From Rhodospirillales bacterium (GTDB lineage Bacteria; Pseudomonadota; Alphaproteobacteria; Rhodospirillales; JASLQF01): a DNA stretch of 64,000 nt. The stretch's first letter is position 1. The number at the start of each line of letters is the position of its first letter. Under the pieces are notes generated by a model. The model was not told the origin of the DNA and did not search any database. It worked only from the letters and a program-made list of their open reading frames with translations. The stretch spans positions 5,168 through 69,167 of the forward strand of contig JASLQF010000008.1 in NCBI GenBank assembly GCA_030744625.1, written 5' to 3'. The position numbers and the translations under genes were made by a program. This document shows positions 21,453 to 28,939 of the stretch, piece by piece.

Positions 21453-22874
21453 ATGCTGTCCTCTGGTAAGATCAGGCCTCTGGCTCTTGCCGTCATCGTA
21501 CTTGTCCTCGGCAGCATCATCGGATTGAGCACCATCGGGTTTCAAACGATAGGCTTACTGGGGATCGGCCACGAGCGTTGGGAGTCCTTCCAGAAAACGG
21601 CCGAGAGCAAGATTATTCTAATCTCAGAACTTCGCGGGGCGCTGGGCTACGGCGGCTTCATCCACAATTTCAAGAATCTGGTCCTGCGTAAGGACCCAAG
21701 CCGCATCCCCCTTGTCGAGGAAAACCTATTGCAGGCCTTTCAGGCCATCAGGACCTATAAACAGCTCGATCTTGTGCCGGGAGAAGCCGCGCCACTGGCC
21801 GTAATCAGTGAGACCCTGGAAACCTATCAGCACAACTTTATCCGCGTGAAGGGCCTCGTCAGTTTACAGGACATCACTCCGGACGCTATCGACGAAGTTG
21901 CGCAGGTAAGCGACGCCAAAGCCATTGCTGCCCTCGACGAACTCAATCGCCTGTGGATTGAGGAGGCGCGACGCAAGCGCATGGCGCTCTCGGAAAGCTT
22001 GGACAAAGGCACCCAGTTGATCACGGTCGGAGTCTTTGTGCTACCAGTCCTGTTCATCCTTGGTGGCGGCCTAATCTGGTTCATCTTCCGCTTAGTCAAG
22101 GAAATCACCCTGCGTGAGAAGCAAAGTCTCGAACTGGCTGCCTTGGCCGAGGATTTGCACATAGCACATGTCGAATTAGAGGCTATCATGAGTCAAAAGG
22201 ACAAAATGTTTTCGGTGATCGGCCACGACCTCCGGGGGCCTTTCACGCCGCTTCTCGGCTTTTCAAAAATGCTTGCCTCGGCGCCCGACAAGTTCCCCCC
22301 TGACAAGGTCGCCGAATACGCCGATGCCATCTACCGCAACGGCAAGCGTGTCCTTGACCTGCTCAACAACCTGCTCGAATGGGCCAGCTTGCAGACGGAT
22401 CGTATCCTTTTCGAGCCTGAGGACTTCGGCATGCGGGCCCTAGTAGGGGAAACCGTCGACCTACTGAACCCTGTGGCCGAGGAAAAGGGTATCGAAATTC
22501 TCAACGAGGTTCAGGAAATAAGCTTCCACGCCGACCGCAAAATGATCGACACGGTAATCCGCAATTTGGTCAACAATGCCCTCAAGTTCACCGCTGATGG
22601 CGGCCAAGTGACCATCTCCGCGGAAACGGTGGACGAACACGCTGTCCTGAGTATCGCCGATTCCGGTGTTGGTATTCCGCCCGACCGGCTGGAGACCCTG
22701 TTCAACATGAATGATGTTGATTCGACAGACGGCACTAGTGGCGAGAAAGGAACGGGTCTTGGCCTGCTGATCTGCAAGGAACTGGTCGAACGAAATGGTG
22801 GTTTAATTTCTGTCGAGAGCAAGCCCGGTGCCGGAACGGCGTTTCACATTACCCTGCCTAAGGCAACCAGCTAA
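21453..22874 (+). CDS. Orphan sensor histidine kinase
   Basis: 473 aa; two TM segments flanking a sensor region (LGYGGFIHNFKNLVLRKD), H-box FSVIGHDLRGPF, N-box NLVNNALKFT, G-boxes DSGVGIP and GTGLGL. No adjacent response regulator. Confidence 0.9.
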   Translation: MLSSGKIRPLALAVIVLVLGSIIGLSTIGFQTIGLLGIGHERWESFQKTAESKIILISELRGALGYGGFIHNFKNLVLRKDPSRIPLVEENLLQAFQAIRTYKQLDLVPGEAAPLAVISETLETYQHNFIRVKGLVSLQDITPDAIDEVAQVSDAKAIAALDELNRLWIEEARRKRMALSESLDKGTQLITVGVFVLPVLFILGGGLIWFIFRLVKEITLREKQSLELAALAEDLHIAHVELEAIMSQKDKMFSVIGHDLRGPFTPLLGFSKMLASAPDKFPPDKVAEYADAIYRNGKRVLDLLNNLLEWASLQTDRILFEPEDFGMRALVGETVDLLNPVAEEKGIEILNEVQEISFHADRKMIDTVIRNLVNNALKFTADGGQVTISAETVDEHAVLSIADSGVGIPPDRLETLFNMNDVDSTDGTSGEKGTGLGLLICKELVERNGGLISVESKPGAGTAFHITLPKATS

Positions 22875-22988
22875 TCACTTCTCAAAAGGGTCATGTGTGG
22901 ACGGCTCCCATTTGGCAAGGGTTGTTTTGACGTTGATGCAAAGTGGTCGGGTGCAGTCATGTGTCCGGCCTGTTGATGCGGTGCTCAT

Positions 22989-23103
22989 GACCGCTGGCCC
23001 TGGAGCAGACATAATTGTCAGCCCTGAAAAATGTCCGCTTTTGGGGGCAAAGCAGACGTAATTCAGGATGTGGCTGAAGGTCCGCTCCTAGCCAAAAGCG
23101 GAC
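22989..23103 (+). repeat. REP-like hairpin repeat cluster C (3 modules)
   Basis: Modules 22989-23010, 23033-23056 (gtccgcttttgggggcaaagcagac) and 23080-23103 (gtccgctcctagccaaaagcggac); start spacing 44/47 bp. Confidence 0.75.
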
Positions 23104-23286
23104 CAAGTCCGAGAAAGCCCACGGCAAGGTGCAAAAGGCAGGAGGTGCTTGATGCCCACACGTGGCGGGCTCTGCAAACCGCTTTGCAAACCAACGATCC
23201 CGGATTAAGCCGGGTCATAACGAATAGAGGCTGCGAGTCCGATATCAAGAACCCAACGAACTCGGGCGATCACGGACAATAAGGTA

Positions 23287-23508
23287 TCAAGGCGGATCGC
23301 AGATCCCGACCACCTGGACCGGCGGGCACGGCACGGAGCCGAAGGAGCAGAAGACGCAGCAGTCTCCCTCGTTGGGTTTGAGCAGGGAGCCGCATTCCTC
23401 GCATTCATAGAAGTAGATGCAGGCATCGAGCGGCATGGTTTCCGTCTTGCCGTGCCCGCACCGGGGACAGGTGATCTCGGAAAAACGATCGGCCTCGGCG
23501 AGTTCCAT
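23287..23508 (-). CDS. GDCCVxC domain protein (mer-locus associated small Cys-rich protein)
   Basis: Last 73 aa of ORF 23287..23610, from MELAEADRF; CPRCGH, CEECG and the signature GDCCVFCSFGSVPCPP. Confidence 0.8.
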   Translation of the reverse strand: MELAEADRFSEITCPRCGHGKTETMPLDACIYFYECEECGSLLKPNEGDCCVFCSFGSVPCPPVQVVGICDPP

Positions 23509-23510
23509 GG

Positions 23511-23771
23511 TCAGGCCCCGCGGCGCGAGCGGCGCACCATTGCGTAGCCGGTGATTGCCAGGAAGACCGCCAAGGCCGGAAGCAGCACGCAATCGAGCCA
23601 GCCCAGCCACGCCGAGAGGCCAACGGCGCCGAGCCCGATCACCAGGGCCGGCGTGAAACAGCAGATGCCGGTTATCGCCACGCCGATGATGCCGGTCTTG
23701 AGCAGCCCATCCGATTTCGCCGCGTCCTTTGCCGCGGTTGGCTCGCCTGTCGATTCCATCATGTCGGCCAT
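23511..23771 (-). CDS. merF: MerF-type mercury transport membrane protein
   Basis: ORF 23511..23804. ITGICCFTPALVIGLGAVGLSAWLGWLDCVLLPALAVF matches the MerF pattern including the vicinal CC. Start at 23771 fits the predicted promoter. Confidence 0.78.
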   Translation of the reverse strand: MADMMESTGEPTAAKDAAKSDGLLKTGIIGVAITGICCFTPALVIGLGAVGLSAWLGWLDCVLLPALAVFLAITGYAMVRRSRRGA

Positions 23772-23806
23772 GGGCTTACTTCCCCTTCCAAGAAGCGATA
23801 GCATCC

Positions 23807-23837
23807 ATCCTAAGACCTGTAGTAACTATAGGTTCAA
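23807..23837 (-). promoter_or_regulatory. MerR-type promoter/operator for merF: TTGAAC - 19 bp - TAGGAT with a 19-bp dyad in the spacer
   Basis: Minus strand: -35 at 23832-23837, -10 at 23807-23812. Dyad ACCTGTAGTAACTATAGGT at 23815-23833 has 16 of 18 arm positions symmetric. Confidence 0.6.
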
Positions 23838-23870
23838 GGGTTGTTTTTCACGTTGCCGCGAGGAAGCGAC

Positions 23871-24314
23871 ATGACCGATACGGTCCCATACTTGGCCATC
23901 GGCGCCCTGGCCAAGGCCACCGGCTGCAAGGTCGAGACCATCCGCTACTATGAGCGCATCGGCCTTCTGGCGCCGCCGGCGCGCAGCAGCGGCGGCCATC
24001 GCCACTACGGTGACGAGGCGTTGAAGCGCCTCAACTTCATCCGTCGGGCGCGTCGCCTCGGCTTCTCCCTGGACGTGGTGCGCGCGCTCCTGGCCATGGC
24101 CGACGGCGAGGAGCGGAATTGCTCCAAGGTCGAAAGGATCGCGGCGGCGCACCTGGACGACGTACACGCCAAGATCGCCGATCTGGAGCGCATGGAATCG
24201 GTCCTTGCCGCCATGGTCGCCGAGTGCGCGGGGGGCACCACGCCTGAGTGCCCGGTCATCGAGGCCCTTTACGACAGCGGGCCGGCCGGGGCCGGGCGCC
24301 ATGCCGACGCCTAG
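23871..24314 (+). CDS. MerR family metal-responsive transcriptional regulator
   Basis: ORF 23841..24314; HTH IGALAKATGCKVETIRYYERIGLL; Cys in NCSKV and in AECAGGTTPEC. Divergent from merF. Confidence 0.85.
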   Translation: MTDTVPYLAIGALAKATGCKVETIRYYERIGLLAPPARSSGGHRHYGDEALKRLNFIRRARRLGFSLDVVRALLAMADGEERNCSKVERIAAAHLDDVHAKIADLERMESVLAAMVAECAGGTTPECPVIEALYDSGPAGAGRHADA

Positions 24315-25521
24315 CCCGCGCACCCGCTGGGGAGTCGTCCTCCTCGGCCTCGCCGCCGGGGTCACCGCCGCCGCCTACATCGGCAAGATGCCGCCGGCCC
24401 TGCCCCTGATACGCCCCGAGCTCGGTCTCGGCCTGGTGGGGGCGGGATGGGTGGTGTCCATCTTCAACGCCATGGCCATGGCCACGGGAATGGTGGCCGG
24501 GCTGTTCGCCGATGGGCTCGGCCATCGCCGCGTCGTCATCGCCGGGCTGGCGCTCCTGGCCCTCGGCGGCGCGTTGGGGAGCGCCGCCGAGACTTCCGGC
24601 GTGCTGCTGGCGACGCGGTTCCTGGAGGGCATCGGCTTCGTATCCATCATGGCGGCGGCGCCCTCCCTGATCGCCCGGGCGGCGGCGCCCGGCGACCGCG
24701 GGCTGGCGCTCGGCATCTGGAGCACCTTTATGCCGGTCGGCATCGCCGGCATGCTGGTGACGTCGCCGCCGGTGCTGGAGAGCTTCGGGTGGCGCGGGCT
24801 ATGGCTCGCCGGGGCCGCGCTCGCCCTGGTTCTGGTGGCGGCCGGACTGGTCAAGGCGGGGCGCCCCGCCGGGGACCGGGCGCCAGCTGCCGCCTCGCCA
24901 TGGCACAACATACGCGTCACCGTCACCCGCCAGGGGCCGTGGCTTCTGGTCGCCACGTTCTTCTGTTTTTCCCTTCCCTGGAGCGCCGTCATGGTGTGGC
25001 TTCCGACCTTTCTCGTGGAGCAGCGCGGCGCCTCCATCCCCGAGGCCGCCATGTTGACGGCCCTGGTCGTCATCTCCAACGTGCCCTCCAACGTCGTCGG
25101 CGGCTGGTTGATCAACCGGGGCGTGCCGAGTTGGACGCTGATCGCGTTGCCCAGCGCCATCATGGGCCTTTCGGCCTTGGGGATGTTTTCGGACGCCGTG
25201 CCCGACGCCGTCCGTTTCGGCCTGTGCATGCTGTTTTCCGCCGTCAGCGGGTTCGTTCCGGGGACGTTGTTCGCCATCGTCCCCGTGCATGCGGCCTCGC
25301 CGCAACAGTTGGGCACCATGAACGGTTTCATCCTGCAAGGCGCCAATATGGGTCAGTTCGTGGGGGCGCCCGCCATCGCCTTCGTGGTCGCGGCGACCGG
25401 CCAATGGCATGCGGTTCAGTGGATATTGCTGGGCGCCGGTGGCCTCAGCGTCGTCTTCTCCTTGGCCATCCGCGCCGTCGGGCGTCGGAGCTCCGGGGAG
25501 GGGTTAACGACGGCCCCTTGA
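24301..25521 (+). CDS. MFS transporter
   Basis: ORF 24205..25521, from ATG 24301 (MPTPSPRTRWGVVLLGLAAG); about 12 hydrophobic segments; overlaps the regulator stop by 14 bp. Confidence 0.8.
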   Translation: MPTPSPRTRWGVVLLGLAAGVTAAAYIGKMPPALPLIRPELGLGLVGAGWVVSIFNAMAMATGMVAGLFADGLGHRRVVIAGLALLALGGALGSAAETSGVLLATRFLEGIGFVSIMAAAPSLIARAAAPGDRGLALGIWSTFMPVGIAGMLVTSPPVLESFGWRGLWLAGAALALVLVAAGLVKAGRPAGDRAPAAASPWHNIRVTVTRQGPWLLVATFFCFSLPWSAVMVWLPTFLVEQRGASIPEAAMLTALVVISNVPSNVVGGWLINRGVPSWTLIALPSAIMGLSALGMFSDAVPDAVRFGLCMLFSAVSGFVPGTLFAIVPVHAASPQQLGTMNGFILQGANMGQFVGAPAIAFVVAATGQWHAVQWILLGAGGLSVVFSLAIRAVGRRSSGEGLTTAP

Positions 25522-25549
25522 CTCCGTATCATGGTACGGAGCGCAGAAT
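25518..25549 (+). promoter_or_regulatory. merO-like promoter: TTGACT, dyad CTCCGTA-N6-TACGGAG, CAGAAT
   Basis: cttgactccgtatcatggtacggagcgcagaat closely parallels the Tn501/Tn21 operator TTGACTCCGTACATGAGTACGGAAGTAAGGT. The -35/-10 spacer is 19-20 bp. Confidence 0.7.
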
Positions 25550-25570
25550 ATGCGCATGGAGGAAGGGGCC

Positions 25571-26020
25571 ATGCACCGAACGACCATCGCCAAGGCGGCC
25601 CGCCAAGCCGACGTCGGCGTCGAGACCATCCGCTTTTACGAGCGCAAGGCCCTGATCGAGCGCCCGCCGCGGCCGGCCTTCGGCGGCTATCGCGAGTATC
25701 CGGCGGCGACCATCGAGCGCGTCCGCTTCATCCGCCAGGCGCAGAAGCTCGGTTTCTCGCTCGGCGAAATCGGCGATCTCCTGTCCCTCAGCGCCGATCC
25801 CTCGGCGGATTGCGCCGACGTGCGCGAGCGCGCCCGGGTCAAGCTCGGCGAGGTCGAGGACAAGATCAGCCGGTTGATCGAAATCCGTCACGCCCTCGAC
25901 GAACTGATCGACGCCTGTCCCGGGAGCGGCGCGCTCGGGGCGTGCTCGATCATGGAATCGCTTATGGGGCAGGGAACGCAATCGGCGGGCACGCGCCCGG
26001 GAAAGGAGAAGAGACCATGA
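25571..26020 (+). CDS. merR: MerR, Hg(II)-type regulator
   Basis: ORF 25550..26020; HTH IAKAARQADVGVETIRFYERKALI. Three Cys placed as MerR C82/C117/C126 (ADCADV, DACPGSGALGAC with 9-residue spacing). RBS GGAGGAAGG before ATG 25571. Confidence 0.85.
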   Translation: MHRTTIAKAARQADVGVETIRFYERKALIERPPRPAFGGYREYPAATIERVRFIRQAQKLGFSLGEIGDLLSLSADPSADCADVRERARVKLGEVEDKISRLIEIRHALDELIDACPGSGALGACSIMESLMGQGTQSAGTRPGKEKRP

Positions 26021-26286
26021 CTTCCAAGCGCAAGATAGAGGTTTTTAGCGCCGGCTGTCCGGTTTGCGAGGACGTCGTGGCGCGCGTCAACGAACTGGCG
26101 TGCCCGTCCTGCGAGGTGAGCGTGCTCGACATGAAGGAGCCTGGCGTGGCGGCGCGCGCCCGCGCCCTCGGTATCGGCTCGGTGCCCGCCGTGGCCATCG
26201 ACGGCAAGCTCGCCGAGTGTTGCGCCGGGCGCGGCCCCGACGAGGACACCCTGCGCGCCGCCGGCCTCGGCCAGCCCTTGGGCTGA
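26017..26286 (+). CDS. Thioredoxin/glutaredoxin-fold small protein (CPVC)
   Basis: Last 89 aa of ORF 25531..26286, from MTSKRKIEVFSAGCPVCEDV; ATGA overlap with the merR stop. Confidence 0.75.
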   Translation: MTSKRKIEVFSAGCPVCEDVVARVNELACPSCEVSVLDMKEPGVAARARALGIGSVPAVAIDGKLAECCAGRGPDEDTLRAAGLGQPLG

Positions 26287-26377
26287 GGCGGAACCGCCGG
26301 CGCCGCGCGCTGGCGCCTTCCACGCGGCCCCCGAAGTGACCTAATATTGGGTCGTTCCGAGCTGAACGGAGCGCGGT

Positions 26378-28207
26378 ATGGCCGAGCGACCCACATTCAA
26401 GCCCCCAAGTGCGGCCGATGCGGCCGAGGCGGCCCGCGTCATGGCCAGCCTGGCCGGGCGCGGCTGGCGCGTCGCCCAGGCGCTACAGACGCGCCGCGGC
26501 GGCGATGACGGCTTTCAGGTTTCCGACCCTTCCGTGGTGGGCAAGGCCTTTCTCAGGCTGGGCGCCCGCGTCATGGCGGATCCGCTCAAACTGGCCGGAT
26601 CCCTGGCCGAGCTCATGCGCGACTTTGCGGCGCTGCGGCGGGCGGCGGCGCGGCGCTTGGCGGGGGCCGAGGCGGCGCCGGTGGCGGTGCCGGCCAAGGA
26701 CGATCGGCGCTTCCAGGACGACGCGTGGACCGACGAGGTGGTGTTCGACGTCATCAAGCAGGCGTACCTCCTGGTGGCGGGCTGGATGGAAGAAACGGTG
26801 CAGGGCGCCGACGGCCTGGACAAGGAGACCGCCGGCAAGGCGAATTTCTACACCCGCCAGTTGGTTGACGCCGTGGCGCCGTCGAACTTCGCCATCACCA
26901 ACCCCAAGGTGCTGGGCGCCACCCTGGAAAGCGGCGGCATGAACCTGCTCAAGGGACTCGACAACCTGCTCGCCGACGTGGAGCGCGGCGGCGGCCGGCT
27001 CAGCATATCGATGACCGATGCCGACGCCTTCACCCTCGGCGAGAACGTCGCCGCGACGCCCGGCAAGGTGGTCTACCAGAACGATCTCATGCAGCTCATC
27101 CAGTACGCGCCGTCCACCGAAACCGTTCATGCGCGGCCGCTTCTCATCATGCCGCCGTGGATCAACAAGTACTACGTGCTCGATCTGCAGCCGCGCAACT
27201 CCTTCATCAAGTGGGCGGTGGACCAGGGCCTGACGGTGTTCGTCATGTCCTGGGTCAACCCGGACGAACGCCTCGCCGACAAGGGCTTCGACGACTACAT
27301 GATGGAGGGGCCGCTGGCCGCCCTCGAGGCCATCGAGCGGGCGACCGGACAACGCCAGGTCAACGTCATCGGCTATTGCATCGGCGGCACGCTTCTGGCC
27401 TGCACGCTGGCCTACATGGCGGCTAAAGGGGGGCGCAAGTGGAAGGGGCGCGTCAAGTCCGCCACCTATTTCACCGCCATGGTCGATTTCGAAGAGGCCG
27501 GCGAGCTCTCGGTGTTCGTCGACGAGGATCAGCTCGCCCGTCTCGAGGCGCACATGAACAAGAAGGGCTACCTCGAAGGCCACCACATGGCCACCGTCTT
27601 CAACATGATGCGCGACAAGGACCTGATCTGGTCGTTCGTCATCAACAACTACCTCTTGGGCCGCGCCCCGGCGCCCTTCGACCTGCTCTACTGGAACTCG
27701 GATTCGACGCGCATGCCGGCCATGATGCACGGCTTCTATCTGCGCAAGATGTATCTCGAGAACAAGCTCGTCGAGCCCGGCGCCATCAGCCTCGACGGCG
27801 TGCCCATCGACCTCGGCAGGATCGAGGCGCCGACCTACATCCTGGCCACCCGCGAGGACCATATCGCGCCCTGGAAATCGGTCTATGCGGCGACCGGGCT
27901 CTACGCGGGGCCGGTCAGGTTCGTGCTCTCCGCCTCGGGCCACATCGCCGGCGTCGTCAACCCGCCGGCTGCCAACAAGTACGGCTATTGGACGAACACC
28001 AGGAAACCCAAGGACGCCGATGCCTGGCTCAAGGGCGCCAAGCGCCACGACGGCTCGTGGTGGCGCGACTGGGGCCGCTGGGTGGCGCGCCACGCCGGGC
28101 CCAGGACAACGCCGGCGCGCTGGCCCGGCGGCGGCAGGCTCAAGGTCATCGAGGACGCGCCGGGGACCTATGTGAAGGTCAGGGCCGGCGTCGAGGCGTT
28201 GAGTTGA
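26378..28207 (+). CDS. phaC: Class I poly(R)-hydroxyalkanoate synthase
   Basis: 609 aa; lipase-box GYCIGGT and typical PhaC N-terminal and alpha/beta regions. Confidence 0.93.
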   Translation: MAERPTFKPPSAADAAEAARVMASLAGRGWRVAQALQTRRGGDDGFQVSDPSVVGKAFLRLGARVMADPLKLAGSLAELMRDFAALRRAAARRLAGAEAAPVAVPAKDDRRFQDDAWTDEVVFDVIKQAYLLVAGWMEETVQGADGLDKETAGKANFYTRQLVDAVAPSNFAITNPKVLGATLESGGMNLLKGLDNLLADVERGGGRLSISMTDADAFTLGENVAATPGKVVYQNDLMQLIQYAPSTETVHARPLLIMPPWINKYYVLDLQPRNSFIKWAVDQGLTVFVMSWVNPDERLADKGFDDYMMEGPLAALEAIERATGQRQVNVIGYCIGGTLLACTLAYMAAKGGRKWKGRVKSATYFTAMVDFEEAGELSVFVDEDQLARLEAHMNKKGYLEGHHMATVFNMMRDKDLIWSFVINNYLLGRAPAPFDLLYWNSDSTRMPAMMHGFYLRKMYLENKLVEPGAISLDGVPIDLGRIEAPTYILATREDHIAPWKSVYAATGLYAGPVRFVLSASGHIAGVVNPPAANKYGYWTNTRKPKDADAWLKGAKRHDGSWWRDWGRWVARHAGPRTTPARWPGGGRLKVIEDAPGTYVKVRAGVEALS

Positions 28208-28345
28208 TGAGCGGATGGGAGAAAGGGTGACGCGCCCATCCATGGCCCGAAAGGACTGTAAGACTACCGACGAGCGGCGGTTCACCTACTCCGTTCCCTG
28301 CACGCGACCAGACGCCGGACAAACCTCGAGACAGGGAGTACGCTC

Positions 28346-28864
28346 GTGACAGATCGATCAAAGGGACGCCAAGAGCGCGCGGAAAATGGTGACGTCGGCC
28401 GGCGCGCCCTGATGACGCGGCTTGTCGGGCCGTTTGCATTGGCAATTCCCTTTTCAATCCTGGCAATGCGCCGCCCCGCTGCCGACGACGCGACAACAAT
28501 CAAATTAAACCCATCGGGAGGGACGCCAGCCGCCTTCATGGAGCAGGCCCGGCGCATGCGAAACCTGGCTCTCGAAACAGGCGACCAGGGGTATGGCGCG
28601 GTAATCGTCAAGGACGGGCGCATCGTCGGACAGGCGCCGAGCCGCGTTGTCGTTAATCGTGATCCTACCGCGCATGCGGAAATAGAAGCTATCCGCGATG
28701 CGGCGCGCAACTTGGGAACACGCGACCTCAGCGGCTGCGTGATGTATGGCACGTCGAGGGCCTGCCCGATGTGCGAGGCGGCGGCCTATTGGGCCAACCT
28801 CACGGGTATGCGTTTCGGATCATCTGTCTCCGACGCTGGAGAACCAAGATTGCGCCGTTGTTGA
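28346..28864 (+). CDS. CMP/dCMP-type zinc deaminase family protein with a Tat-like signal
   Basis: 172 aa; HAEIEAI and PCPMCEAA zinc motifs; N-terminus GRRALMTRLVGPFALAIPFSILA; GTG start. Confidence 0.82.
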   Translation: MTDRSKGRQERAENGDVGRRALMTRLVGPFALAIPFSILAMRRPAADDATTIKLNPSGGTPAAFMEQARRMRNLALETGDQGYGAVIVKDGRIVGQAPSRVVVNRDPTAHAEIEAIRDAARNLGTRDLSGCVMYGTSRACPMCEAAAYWANLTGMRFGSSVSDAGEPRLRRC

Positions 28865-28939
28865 GGCGATTGTCCGCCGCCGGGCCGATGCCGCCGTCCG
28901 TTGATTGCCCGTATCGCGATTTCCGGGCATCATCCTGCA

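Noticed and set aside
19866-23103. The possibility that the repeated hairpin modules form a CRISPR array.
   Set aside because: The repeats are imperfect and only ~24 bp long. They are spaced ~45 bp apart within clusters, but the clusters are more than 1 kb apart and separated by genes. There are no cas genes.
23772-23804. A longer merF start at 23804, and the upstream alternative starts for the two regulators (23841 for the first MerR-family regulator, 25550 for merR).
   Set aside because: For merF and the second regulator, the predicted MerR-type -10 elements place transcription starts downstream of 23804 and 25550, and better RBS/ATG contexts exist at 23771 and 25571. For the first regulator, the ATG at 23871 was preferred over 23841.
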